DNA of 63,843 bases, filler included, from Saprolegnia diclina VS20 (lineage: Eukaryota): the NCBI RefSeq assembly GCF_000281045.1. It is 7 parts of 4 records of this genome, joined end to end, with 100 filler letters (N's around TTAATTAATTAA, not from the genome) between each part and the next. Parts side by side here need not be neighbours in the genome. Positions count along the whole stretch, not along the records: positions 1 to 25,701 come from NW_008246102.1; 6 more parts are not named here. The stretch is one strand, 5' to 3'. The position numbers were made by a program, and so were the translations under genes. The notes under the pieces were generated by a model, which ran no database searches, was not told the origin of the DNA, and worked only from the letters and a program-made list of their open reading frames with translations. Within the stretch, counting starts at the first letter, position 1. Each line of letters opens with the position of its first letter. Positions 1 to 12,864 of this stretch are shown here, piece after piece.

Positions 1-328
1 CGCATCTCGAGTTCAATGTTCGCCATCCCGAGCTTTGCAGTCGGATCTCGTTCGGCTGGATGTGCACGCTTCGTCACCCGGCATAAGCGGCCTCTCTCAT
101 TCGCTGAGGAGCGAGCATGCTGTGGTGATGTGGTCTGCACATCCCAACGACGGTCGTGGCGTGCCCCAGTACAACTGTAGGCTGTAGGGAATAGAAACGC
201 AGTATAGGCAGTATGCTGTGCGAAGATAAACAGAGTCAAATATACCCGGAACCCCGCACATTGCGTCCACGGCGACGACCACTTCACGACAATGCCTCGA
301 CCCTCATCATCCCAAGCTCCCGAGTCAT

Positions 329-730
329 GTGCATTCGAAATCGACGACGCGAAGTCTCTTGACGACAAGGATCAAACAAACGCTCAAGCACCCAGAAGAC
401 ATCAAGGCTAGGGAGCTCCGTATCCACATCCAAGGCCCCAAGACCAACTGTACATGTCGAGACGTGCATCTACGGATCGAGCCATCACCCACACCACAAC
501 AACATCTCGCTCAGCACCAAGTTGTGTGACGTTTCAGCAACTGAGATGCTACAATGCGAAGCAGCATCGCGCGAGATCAAGAACGTGGCTGCTGCGTGCC
601 AAAAAGACCCAAGCAACTACTCGACGCACGAGCTCCGAAACGGCGGTGCTACGGCCTTATGTCGTGGCAGCATGCCAGACCTCGCCGTCTCGGCTAGAAG
701 TCACCAGACGCACTCACGAAACACACCAGC
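329..730 (+). mobile_element. Degenerate tyrosine recombinase fragment (DIRS/Crypton-like element)
   Basis: Frameshifted ORFs read LRIHIQGPKTN...IKNVAAACQKDPSNYSTHELRNGGATAL, matching the catalytic K and HxLRxGGA boxes of eukaryotic TE tyrosine recombinases. The downstream GRW...Y box is not intact. Confidence 0.7.
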
Positions 731-1746
731 ATCAAGCGAACAACCTCTCACCGCTCACAACTCGATTGGCCCCAACCGCATGACGTCATTTCTGGGGGGC
801 GCCTCGCCCACCTCTGGCATGGTGGACACCAACGGTTGTTGCCTCCAAGTAGCTCGGTCTTGGTAGAGGAATACGATGTTTTGGTGGTGAGCACTTGGGG
901 AGCGGTACTCGCGTGCACTGTGCTCGAATTTATGAACTAGTAGTGTTTTCGTCGAATAGGAGACCATCAAAACAGATTCAACCATGTGAAGATTTGCATT
1001 TCATGAAACGACGAATCCCTGCGCAATATTATTCACTAATATATATCATTTCTTGGTGATCTTGCGTGCCCTTAGGCTCATTCTGGCCCACCCGGCTCCT
1101 TGCCTGTCCGACGCCGCCCGTGCTTGTTCTAGTTAGTACGTGTACCAACCAGTATAGCGGTAACCTATTGTGAGTTTGCTACAGCTAGCACTATGGACAC
1201 AGACAGCACTACAGTCGTGATGCTGACGTACTGTGTTGCCCACAGACCATACTACACTAGATGCCCCACTCCATTTTACGTATAACATGAAACATCTGAG
1301 CAACCATCGAGTGTTTCGACCAAGGGAATGATACAAAGGTGCCATTCGACGGGGTAGGTTTTCGTCGCTCGATCCATGGCAAGTATGCCTTCCCAAACAT
1401 TGAGCGGCGAGGATGGTTGCGTGGAACTTGGTACAGTTCGTGCGACGGAGACAGCAAGGAGGCTGCTGGTCGCGGGCAGCTACCGTTGTACTGGGGCTGG
1501 CATTCGACTCAATACTACTATTGTTGGCTTGTGTGTATCCATGGCCCTGATGACCAATGCTTTCTCGTTTGGATGCGTCCTTCGACGACGAAGCTCGCTG
1601 GCGCTGCCACGTCATACACTTGTGTTCAGAGATGCCGTGGCGTTTTTTTATCCTCATTGTGAATGACGTGGAGGTTTTCGGATACGACACGCGCGTATCC
1701 GTACTCGTCAAACGCACTCTTCCTCCCATTCTTCCTTCGCCCAACG

Positions 1747-2487
1747 ATGAAGCTCCCGACGCTCGACACGCTGCGCAGCATCCCGCCTGTCTTCATCACG
1801 CTGGGCCTCGTCCTCGTCTCCAAGACAGTCGTCGACCCGGAGAACATGGGTACGTCCTGCGCCCTCCTCTCGGTGCTCATCGTCGCCTATAGTGCACCTC
1901 TGGCTCGTGCGCGGGCTCTATGCGATCGCCCAGCTTGGCTGCGTCCTTACCCTCTTCTACCTCTACCTCCAGGCGCGCGTACGCTCAGCCTCTCTCCAGC
2001 GGCCTCGCGACTCACGATACCGTAGAACAACCCGGATCCGGCCGTGGTCGTCGTCAAGGAAGACCTTGGCTTTGGCATGGAGGGCGAAAAGACCGAAAAG
2101 ATCACGGTCGGCCTCCATGACCAGCGCGTGGCCTTGAAGGAAATGCAGAAGATCGTCTTGGGTCTCGCCGTCGCGAGCTTCCTGCACGTCAAGTGGGAGT
2201 TCATCCCGCCGCTTGTCATTGGCATCTTCAGCGGCCCGCACGGCTTGTACAGCACGCCCATTGTAGGCAGTTGTACGACTTGTCACGGGCTAATTAAATG
2301 CTAGGTCCGCGTCTTGCTCCGTGGTGAGCGCGCGTGGGGCAAGCTCCAGCGTCCGTGGGCCGAGCCGGCTTCGGCGATGGCGAGCCAGTGGGAGTCGTGG
2401 AACGATACGATCACGTCGGCGCTCACGGGCGAGCCGATGCAGAAGAAGAGCAAGAAGGACAAGACGAGCAAGCGCAAGAACAAGTAG
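1747..2487 (+). CDS. Pho88/Snd3-family membrane protein (about 4 exons)
   Basis: Spliced reading MKLPTLD...LVRGLYAIAQL...KITVGLHDQR...VASFLHVKWEFIPPLVI...LRGERAWGKLQRPW...KRKNK*. The TV..D / H.KW..PL / L.RP pattern fits Pho88. Confidence 0.75.
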
Positions 2488-2627
2488 AGTCCACCATTAA
2501 GTGTCCATCATGCAACTACAGTACAACATTGCACCGCTGCAAGATCATCGACTTCTTTCCCAAGTGTCCATTAGCATGGGCGTAAGTTACAAGTTACTAC
2601 TATCATGTGCACAAATACAAGCTCCGC

Positions 2628-3948
2628 TCACGCGGACGCAGCGAACGGAGGCCGATGCGTGCGTGCAGGAGACTTGTACACTGGCACGTAGAGCGCAACG
2701 CAGGCACGGAGGAGAAGCAAGCGTGGCAGCAAGCAAAGCACGACCAGCGCACCCGGCGTAGCGCGGTGCAGAAACCAAAAGTGGTGCACCAAAGGCCGCG
2801 GGGCGATCGCTAGCGACTCCTTCATCTTCTCGTACACGCCTTCCTTGGGGACGTCGACATGCGTGGGATTTGTCTCGGCCACAGCGGCTTCAACTTCAGG
2901 CTGAACGTCGTCACTGGCCGCTTCGTCGCTCATGACTTCGTCGCTCATGACTTCGTCGCTCGCCGCTTCGTCGCTCGTCCCATTGTCCGGAATCGAGACC
3001 TCGTCGTCGTCGTTCAAAAGTTCGTTGTCGGTGGGAACATCCTCTTCGACTTCGTCGGGCTCGTGGAACGATGGTGTGCGGACGATGGCCGGGCGCGTGA
3101 GCACGCCAAAGACGCGGAAGACGAGCGCGAGGTACGTGAGCACCGACTTTTCATCGACACCGACTTCAAAGTCCTCGACTTGCAGCAGCTGCGGCACGTC
3201 AAAAGTCTGCTCGAGCACGTGGAAGGCCAGTGCGAGGTTTTCGGCAGCGTTCGCTGGCGACATCGTCTCGATCGGGATGAGCGCCGGGTGGAACGCCGAG
3301 ATGAGTGCGCAGAATGCGAGGCCGTTGCGCCAACTCGACGTGAAGTTGGTGACGCGGACAATGTCTGGGAACGCGTCGAGACAGTCCTTGCACCAGAGCA
3401 AGAGACCTTCCTTGCCCGTGACGCCATGGAAACTAATGTCTGCAAGCTGGTAGTGCTTGATGATGGTCCACATAAGCCTATCGAGCGTACATTGGCATAC
3501 TATGGTTGGAGAGAAACCACAAACCCAAGCACGAGCTTCGAGTTGCCGTCGACAATGTCGGAGGAGCCGATGTTGGTCACGGTCACATTCTCCTTGGCCA
3601 TAAAGCCCACGACGTGGTTGAGATTCTCGAGCATGTGGATCCGGTACTTGACGACCTTGTTGTACTTCTACGAACAGCAAATGACTCACCAAGACACGAG
3701 TAGTGTAAATACAGCACCACGCAAACAGGTTTCTGGCTGATGCGCTCTAGTAGCGCAATGAGGCGCAGACCGTCCTTGAGGTCCTCGTACAAGTCGTCGA
3801 CGGCCATGTCGGGTGGCAGGAAGACGTTCGCCCACTAGTCGCACAAGAGCTGAGATGGCAGTGCCATGGCGCTAGGTCGTACCCGTGTGAACGTGTGCTT
3901 CTGCACCTCGACCCATCCTTCGTCGACCGCGGTCGTCCGTCTGCTCAT
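2628..3948 (-). CDS. Tandem calponin-homology (actinin-type actin-binding) protein with acidic linker and hydrophobic C-terminus
   Basis: Motifs [77 protein letters not shown] and DEKSVLTY. Three introns. Confidence 0.9.
2905..2980 (-). repeat. 15-bp coding tandem repeat (SDEAA/SDEVM, about 5 units)
   Basis: The (c)ttcgtcgctcatgac unit repeats and translates as SDEAASDEVMSDEVMSDEAASDDV. Confidence 0.8.
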
Positions 3949-5662
3949 GCTGACTTGGCCAGAAACGTGCAATGTGAATAAACCCCTCCCTAACGTCAAA
4001 ACCTGATTGGGCCACGCCCTCAACCACGCTTTTTCAGGTTAATCCGAATATCGCTCATCAAATTCGGAAAGTGCCGATTTCGGCCGGTGTGAAGGTTGAC
4101 GCATCGGTCTGCCAGCACAAAGGTGATGCTGTTGCTGCAGCCACGGTGCAACAAAGCCTCGTCAAAGACAGCACCCTGCTCACGACAATCCGCACTGAGC
4201 TCGTACGCATGCATATAGTACGTGGTAAGAGTACCGGTATGTGTACACTCGCTTCAACGACGCCAAGCAGCAACAACGTTGGAACGAAGCGCCGAGTGCC
4301 AGGTGTCGTCTGAGGACTGCATTGTACTCATGCGAGTCGTGGGCTGCCTCACAAGCGATCCCAACCAATCTCGTTGTTGCAAGGTCGGGCAACTCCAGAC
4401 ATGGAATTTCCTCTGACAAGACCGAACTACTGTGTCGGTGTCCGCCGTGCCAGTTCTGGGCGAGGCGGGTTAGCTTTTGACTGATACTATTAATTCGTGG
4501 ATGGCTCGAGCTCGCTTGCTCTCGCCTGGATCTTGTAACGTGTGCGTGCTACCATATCTCTGGAACGCTCGGCCTTGCGCGGAAAACCTCTTCCCCTTGT
4601 TGGAAACGGCACCAACGTCGTCTTTGTTGTTTCTCATTCTGTGCACGCATGTCGTCGACAACTCCTTCCTCTCATCTGTCTGCAATAAAGAGCTGTGGAT
4701 CACGAGAAAACCCGCAGTTTCTATCCGAGTCAGTGTTATCGACATTTACTCGACACTCGTATGCAAGCTTGAGGCGGCATTACGCTCTGATCAACGAATC
4801 TCGGCGCCCTGTACGACGTCACGCACATATCCACACCGCACCTCTGCACGACGGTCTCTGCAATCGACCAACGCCGCATTGTTGTTGACGATCCAGCCAC
4901 CAAACGGTCGCAACGTTCGTGCCTCAAGTTCGCAACCTCGCAACCTTGATCTCTGCACTGTACGACACTGCTGTCGCCTGCACTGACAACCTACGATCTC
5001 TGCCTCTTCGATATCGGCCTTCCGTGGATCAATCGCCACCATGCCGCCGTGCGCATGCGTCTTGGCTCCATGCGATCTTGATCATGTTGGGTGCAATCCG
5101 ATCTTATGGGACGACGCGAAGACAAGCAGAGAGCCATTCGCAGAGGCAGGTGCATCTTCGGTCGTTGATCTCTTCTCGTCTTTACCGCAACCGACCCAAC
5201 TCGCATGCGCTGGTCGTCGTCGGCGAGGGGCCGGTGCCAGGGCCAGTGCGGGAGAGTGCGTCGTACAGTGTAGACACTACCTATTTTGGTATCAAGCTGT
5301 ATCACAGCCGGCGAGAGACAAGAGGTCGAGCGCCGAGACGGCTTTGCGGCGGCGTCGGTGGCCGCGTCGGTGGCGCCGGCGTGTTACTCACGTCTGGCCG
5401 TGACCGCGCTGAAAAAAAGCCGTCTGTTTTTTATTCGCGCGTGACATTAAAATTCGTTGGTGTTCCCATGGGTACGTTTCGTGACACATCATGACAAATG
5501 TATGTAACCCGGAGCGGAGGCGAGGTATTTTTATTCGGGACGGGCGACAAATTTAAAAAAGTTTCCACCGACGAGAAAACAAATAGAAATTGCACCTTTC
5601 GAAGGCAAATGCAAGCCGAGGGCCATTTTCGATCAACCTACGGCCGAGGAAGCTTGAACAGC

Positions 5663-8600
5663 ATGGCGGGGGGCAACCACAACGAAGGATGGGTCGACGT
5701 CCAGAAGAACACCTTCACGCGCGTACGATCTTCCTCCCCTCCATGACCTGGACGAGCACGCTCATCTTCATGCTGCTGCTAGTGGGCCAACACGCACCTC
5801 TCCAAGAAGCGCATGGACATCAAGGACGTCTACGAAGACCTCAAGGACGGTCTGCGCCTTATTGCGCTCCTGCAGATCGTGAGCCGCCAGCAAGTCGCGC
5901 CGGTACATGGCCCGTCCCCGAATAAGATCTCAGCCCTCGCATCTGTCTGTAGAAGTACAACAAGAACCCGAAGATGCGGATCCAAAAGCTGGAGAACCTC
6001 AACCTCGCGTTCAACTTCATGGCCCGCAACGGCGTCACGGTCACCAACATTGGCTCGTCGGACATTGTCGACGGCAACAGCAAGCTTGTGCTCGGGTATG
6101 CTTTGAGGTTGAGACAAGACGTTTGCTGACGTGCTACGTACGTAGGCTGCTCTGGACGATCATCAAGGCCTACCAAGTCAGCGACATCGCCGTTGATGGC
6201 GTCTCGGGCAAGGATGGTACGGCCTTTGGAAATGAGCTGCAGATTGAGCTAATACGGATTGCGCGCAGGTCTTCTCCTCTGGTGCAAGCGGTCACTTGCG
6301 GACTACCCGACGGTGGACGTGACCAACTTCACGTCGAGTTGGACGAACGGTCTCGCGTTCTGCGCGTTGATTCACAAGCACTACCCCAACTTGCTCGACT
6401 TTGAGTCGCTCTCGCCCGAGAACGCCGAGCACAACGTTTCGCTTGGTACGTTGACAATTCTTACCGCTACTTGCCTCATCACGGTATCTAGCGTTCACGC
6501 TTGCCGAGACCAAGTTTGGCATCCCGCAGCTCCTCAACGTCGCCGACGTTGCCGGCAACCCGAAGCCCGATGACAAGTCGATCTTGACGTATGTCTCGCT
6601 GCTCTTCCAGGTACGACAACAACCATACATGCCAACACGCACTTAGCTTTCTCTAGGAATTTGCCTCGGATATGCAAAAGAAGAAGGCTATCACGACGAT
6701 CTGCAAGGCTGTGGGCATGTCGCAGCGCATCAACGAGCTCAAGGGCCACTACGAGACCTCGGCGCCTCAGCTTTTGGAATGGTACACGACCAAGTTGAGC
6801 GCGTGGACCGCCCCGGAAGCCTCGGCGCCGCTTGCTACTGGTACATACGCATTCACGATTCACCGCATGTTCAACGTTTCTGTGCAGTGCAACAAGCGCT
6901 CACGCAGTTCAACGAGTACAAGCGCACGGAGCGCCCTACGTACGAAGCGGCCTTTGTCCAGCTTGAAGGTAACATGTGAACGCTATCGACGGTCACGTAA
7001 GAACGACGTGTAGGCTGCGCGGGCCGTTGGATTGCTGCTTGCAAGAACAACCATCGCCCAGAGCCGACGATGTCGCCGTCGTTCGACGCGATCGCCGCTC
7101 TTCGCAAGACGATGCAAGGTACCTAACGCATTTTGCGTGCTATAAGACTCAGTGCGTCATATAGAAAACGAAGTCGCGTACGAGACGGCTCTCCGCGCGC
7201 ACGTCTTTCACTGCCAGCAGAACGGTAAGATGCTTTGTGCATGAATCGTCAACTCATCGAAATTAGACGCGATCATGAACACGGTGCTCTCTGACTTGGT
7301 CAAGCTTGAGACGTGGCTGGACAAGGTCGCCGCCGAATTCAACGACGAGACGCTTGCCGTCCACAGCTCGGTCCAGGCTGGTGCGTCTACCTCGAGCAAC
7401 TCTCTGACTAACGTACCCGCGACTTTGTAGAGGAAATGGACGAGAGCCTCCGCTTCTTTGAAGACGTCGAGATCCCTCGCTACCGCCACGTGCTCGAGAA
7501 GGTGCAGGCGGCGGCCGAAGCGCACTTGAGCGAAGCGCTCACGTCAGCGTCCACGACGGATCGCATCACGGCGGCGGAGACCCGCTTCAACGCCACGCTC
7601 GAGAGCATGGCGGCCACCAAGGAGACGGTCGGCAGCGCGCTCGTCTTTCAACGCGAAGTTGACGCTGTGGCCAAGGAGATGCGGTAGCCTGCTCATGCGT
7701 CTATTGCGATTGTACCAACTCTGGGTGTAGCGCGAGCATGAAGACGCTCAAGAACCACTTGGAGGAGGTCGACGAGCTCATCGATGACCAGAACATCCAT
7801 GTTGTTGGCGACGGCACCGAGGACGCGCTTGCTGCCATGAAGGCCGAATTTGAAGCTAACATCTTTCCCCGTGTCGACGCCGATGTTGTCACCAAGTTTG
7901 AGGCGGTGCGTGCTCCAAACAGACCCACGTACGGAATCTCATGATGATGAAACAGGACATTGCATCGAAGCGCGAGATCTTGACGCAGGCCAACCGAGAG
8001 ACGGACCTCGCGACGCTTGATTCGTTCCAGAAGAAGGTGCACGCGCTCGTCGCCAAGCGCGATGCCAAGCAGGCCGAGCTCTCGCAGGCTGTCGAAAACG
8101 CGCAAAAGCGCGTGACGCTTAGCTTGTCGTTCGCGGCGCTTGCGACTCACGTCGTCGACAAGGCGGCGCACACGACGTCGCAGGTAATTCGATCGGCTGT
8201 TTGTACACTGCATATTTACGCTGTTGATTCAGATCAACGCGACGGAAGGCTCGCTGGCCGACCAGCTCGCCAACCTCCAGCGCATTGACGGCGAAGAGAT
8301 GCACGCGTCGTCGCCCGATACGCTCATGGGACTTATGGAGCAGCTCGAAGCAGTGAGCGACCAACTCGAGGCGCTTCGCGTCTTCTCCAACCCGCACACG
8401 TCCGAGACGATCCAGAGTTGCCGCGCACTCTTCACGGGTGTGCAGTCGGGCTTGATGGAGCGCCTTCACGCGCTTGAGAAGGAGATCGCGATGGACCGTC
8501 TTGGCCACATTACGCCGGCGCAGCTCCAAGAAGTCGAGGAGGTCTTCAACCACTTTGACGTCGATAAGGACGGCCAGCTTGCGCGCGACGAGTTCATCAC

Positions 8601-8949
8601 GGCGTGCAAGGCGCTCGGGTACGACATGACGGAGGACGAGTGCCACAACATGTTTGACGAGCTCGATACGGACAAGAGCGAGGACATCTCTCTCCACGAG
8701 TTCTCGACCTTCTGCGCCGAGCAGTTGCAGTCGGGCACGACGCAGTCGGACGTCTTGGCGGCCTTTGAGATGCTTGCCAAGGACAAGACCATTTCGCGCG
8801 AGAAGCTCACGACGCACTTCGAGCCTGCGATCGCCGAGTACCTCATCGAGCACATGCCGCACCTCTTCGAGAAGCAAGAAGACGAAGACGTTGAAGCCCG
8901 CGAGGTCTTGGACTACAACTCGTTCAGCGCCGACCTTTTCCAGGGCTAG
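5663..8949 (+). CDS. Alpha-actinin-like protein (CH-CH, helical/spectrin-like rod, C-terminal EF-hands), multi-exon
   Basis: N-terminal [11 protein letters not shown] actin-binding domain and [10 protein letters not shown], then a long helical rod. EF-hand loops [12 protein letters not shown] and [12 protein letters not shown], then [13 protein letters not shown]...[11 protein letters not shown] as in actinins. Confidence 0.9.
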
Positions 8950-9620
8950 GCGAACATGGCTAAGTTTTTTCTCTCTAAATCTACTAACTACGTGTGTCTT
9001 GCATTCCTGCAACATTGCCGCCCTCGTATATTAATGTTGTATGCGTGCAACACAAGACCACCGCGAGCTTCACCGGCTTGGTCCTACAGCAGAGATAGGT
9101 GCTGTAGTTTTTAGTCGTCCGTACTAGTAGGCCACCCTACCAAGTCTGGGCATCCGACGATGTGCAAGATGTACAGTACTTGACAGTCGTCTTTTGGGGA
9201 TTCACTCAGTGCACTTATGCATCCCTGGACCCAGTGAGGTAACCGGGCAAATGACGAAGTCCTTCCGAAACAACAAATGTAGATAACCCTAGCCCCGGCG
9301 ATGCGGTGCCTCGACCGACGCTTGGGTTATTGAGGCCACTAGCGTCCTTCATTGAAGTAGAAGATACGTGTTGCATCTGCTACCTCGAACGCAAGCACTA
9401 CGATATTCTGCTGCGGCACGAATATGAGAACGGAATTCCGATCGGAATGCGAATATTTCCTTGCGCTGAAATATAATTCTAAAATTTAATTATCTAAATA
9501 TACACTTGCTGTTTGTATTATGATTCGATAGACGTGCAAAAAAACATTTAGGAATTTCGATTTGACGAGGCTAATAAAAATGGCCGGTGCTCGGTATCGC
9601 AGTTGTGAAATTGCAAAAGG

Positions 9621-10259
9621 ATGGCACAGACGATTTCCGATGGGGACGTGAGCCTCTACTGGGGTGACGCGCTCGACTCGGTGGACATGGCCGACGTCCT
9701 GGCCTCGGCCCTCCTGGTGGCGTCCGACGCCGATCAGCTGCCCGACATCTCGGAGGCATCGCTCTTGGACTTGCTCACGGATGATACGACTGATCTCTCG
9801 ATGCTCCTTGACTTTGAAAAGACACCGGACGAGCTCCACATGCAGTGGACGTCGTCGGTGGAGGCGAAGGCGTCAACCCGACCTCGAAAGCTCTGCTCGC
9901 ACCCGGGCTGCGGCAAAACGGCTCGGGTCAAAGGCCATTGCACAGCGCACGGGGGGCGTCGATCGTGCAACGAGCCTGGCTGCACCAAAGTGCCTCAAGT
10001 CGGTGCCAAGTGCTCCAATCACGGTGGATTTACCAACTGTACAGTGGAGGGCTGCCAGAAGCGAGCGCAGTCCAAGGGTCTCTGCAAAACCCATGGCGGT
10101 GGCATGCGTTGCCACGCCGACGGCTGCACGAAAGTTGTGACCTCGAACGGTCGCTGCCGAGCGCACGGGGGTGGAGCCAAATGCTCGGTCGCAACCTGTG
10201 AGAAATGGGCCCAGCGCCGAGGGTTTTGCACCTTGCACGCCAAGCAGATGCAGACATAA
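9621..10259 (+). CDS. WRKY19-like Cys/His zinc-finger repeat protein (oomycete-expanded putative transcription factor)
   Basis: Five C-x4-C-x-K...G-x-C-x2-H-(GG) repeats follow an acidic N-terminus in a single exon. Confidence 0.85.
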   Translation: MAQTISDGDVSLYWGDALDSVDMADVLASALLVASDADQLPDISEASLLDLLTDDTTDLSMLLDFEKTPDELHMQWTSSVEAKASTRPRKLCSHPGCGKTARVKGHCTAHGGRRSCNEPGCTKVPQVGAKCSNHGGFTNCTVEGCQKRAQSKGLCKTHGGGMRCHADGCTKVVTSNGRCRAHGGGAKCSVATCEKWAQRRGFCTLHAKQMQT

Positions 10260-10323
10260 CCCATCGATGCATACCCTGTTTTTATTTACCAAAGTAGTCA
10301 GGCGTTCTTAATCATGGACTCTA

Positions 10324-12372
10324 CTACAAGGGCTGGATGGTGACCTTATCGTCGGTCATGACGGCCTTGGCGCCCATTTGAGTCAAGTCGACGTTAGATT
10401 GGACACCCTGCGGCGCAAGCGCCTTGATATAATCTTGGTTGGCCTCGCACCCTACAGCGTAATATGACGATATAGAATATCCCATTCTCGACACACCTTC
10501 GCAGACGTGGCGCAGCGCCACCAGTGCCCACTCGCGAATCATTGGGTTGGTCTCGTCAATGTTGCAGCTAAGGGATTCGAGATGTCGATCGCACACCATG
10601 GTGTATGCACATGCAAACCTGTTCAAGAGCACTTCAATGCCGCCGCACGACCGCATGAGATCTTGGACAGCAGGGTTGCGGTGCACGAGGTTGCCGAGCA
10701 CGCGCACACCCGCCGACTTGTACCCATAGTAGTAGTCCACGTCTCTAATTCAGAGCAAGCATACAACAAATTAATAACGTGAACACCAAAAGCGTACCCG
10801 TCGTCGTCGGTCGGCTTGTTGGTCAGTTTCCCGTCCACGGGACGGGCCGCAGCCGCGCGGTGCATTTGGTGCACGAGTGCGGGCACGAAAGCAAGAACGT
10901 CTGCTTGCACCGCAGCGTCGGTCAGCGCCGTCGGCGGCAGCGTCGTCGTCAGCGTCCCGAGAATGTGCAGCATGAGCTTGGACGCTTCGATCTCCATGAC
11001 GCGCCACATGGCCTCGCGGTCAGCGGACGGCGGCGCTTCATCCTCGCCAGCGTCCTTGGTTGCGTGGAGGGCGACAAACTCGGTGAGGATGAAAGGAAAG
11101 AGCGATGCGTCGTCCGTCGCATGCACTTGGGCCTTGGTCGCTCGCTCATCGTCCGTCGCAAGACACATGTCGAGCATGCGCAGAAGCAGAATCTGCTCCG
11201 GCGTGAGCCGAGACCACAGCGTGCTGCGGTCACATGAGCTAGCACCAATCGCCGCATGTCGTACCTCAAGAGAGATACGCTTAGACTGCGATACATGGCA
11301 CTCGTGTGCTGACGCTGGAAGAGCTGTTGGAAGAGCAACACGATCCACTCGAACGCGGCGTCCACTCGATCTTCGTCCTCCTAACAGGTAACGAAATGTC
11401 ACGGGCGGTTCGCAAAGAAGCCTAGTTACATCGCTGCCATGCGTCAAGCAACGCTGGAGCAGCAAGATGAGCAGCGGTCGGCGGTGCGCTGCCTACATAG
11501 AGCCAAGGTAGCCGAACGATGTATCGCGTTGTTCTGATCGCACGAGCTCGTTGGCGCGGGCGGCACCGTCGGTCGGCGAGTGCAAACAGTTGCAGAGCGC
11601 CGCAGTCGCAAACCCGAGCAACTTTCGATGCACTTGGCACTCGACCAGCAGCATCTCGAGGAGCTTGGGCTGGAGCAGTGGCCACAGCACGCGCTGGTTC
11701 TCTTCGTGGTTGACGACGACGTTCCCGACGAATTGCACCATGACCTGCGACGAGAGCACGAGTAGCTCCTTCATGACATCGTCGTCCGTGTGCATCCAAT
11801 GCACATGTGCTTCCAGTTGCAGCAAGGTCTACGTCGGACGCTCGACGCAGCATGTGCAATGCAGTTTGTCGTACCAGTGGCAAGAGCGGCTGGAGGAGTG
11901 TCTGGTTGGCTTCGTTCTGGACGCACACGTTGCGAAGGAAACGATAGGACGAGAGGAAGAGGTAAATTGCGCGCTCGGCGCTTGCAGTATCGGCAAAGGT
12001 TGCGGCTGCGCGCGGCTCGATCTCGCCGTTGCCCGACTTGGTCGCCGTGTACGAGTACCCAAATCCATCGTCTTCCTCGTCGCCTTCCGCCTAGGCAAGG
12101 CCGTCCGCATCTTATGTCTTGATCGTATTGCGTGATACCACCGGCGCGGCTGGCGCATGTGAGGCAAGGTCCTTGGCGACCGAGGCGAGAAACGTTGGAA
12201 AGATGTCAGCGAGCCCTGATGCGGCAAAGGCATCGCGGAAGGCTGGCGCTTGGCACTGACGGGCGCTGTCTTCGAGCGTCTCGAGCAGAAGCGAAGCGTC
12301 TTGCACACCGGCTACGTCGCGCGGAAGAAGCGCGCTGAGATCCTGGAGCAGCGGCAAGCTCGTCGTCGTCAT
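10324..12372 (-). CDS. Ataxin-10 domain (ARM-like) protein, multi-exon
   Basis: C-terminal GYKSAGVRVLGNLVHRNPAVQDLMR..GGIEVLLN..CNIDETNPMIREWALVALRHVCEG..ANQDYIKAL is the ataxin-10 signature. Confidence 0.88.
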
Positions 12373-12864
12373 GGCGCAGTACTGGAGGATCGATTTGGTG
12401 GATTTCAGGGGTCCTCCAACCAACCGAAGCATCCGCAAGTGCTTTTGTATACTTTGTTTCATATTTCTCTTTTCAGTAGGTCCCCACCAGGGTCAAAGCG
12501 AACCTAATCAAGTGCATACGAAATCAGTGGTGTTCGCTAAGTCGTGGTACACTATTTTCGGATAGACTATCGCACCCAAATCGTGTGAGGCGCCTCCTGC
12601 GTGTATACTGTTACATCGCCAATGTGCACAAAACACAGTGCTGATTTCGTCCATATTTCCCCCCGGGCTTCAACTACTTGAGCTGTACGAAGATCAATAA
12701 AGAATCTTTCCCCAGGCTGTACTCTACGACAACAACCATTTGCATTCTAGTTATTAGGATAGATTCGCTGGCTCCAGCAGGGTGGGCTCGAGCGAACTCG
12801 TAGTATTGCTGAGAGAGTATGACAAATATACAAAATCACAGCATATTTAACCCTCAACATGAAA

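Noticed and set aside
4000..5600. Several 60-190 aa ORFs between the two CH genes
   Set aside because: No domain motifs or consistent codon bias, so treated as intergenic.
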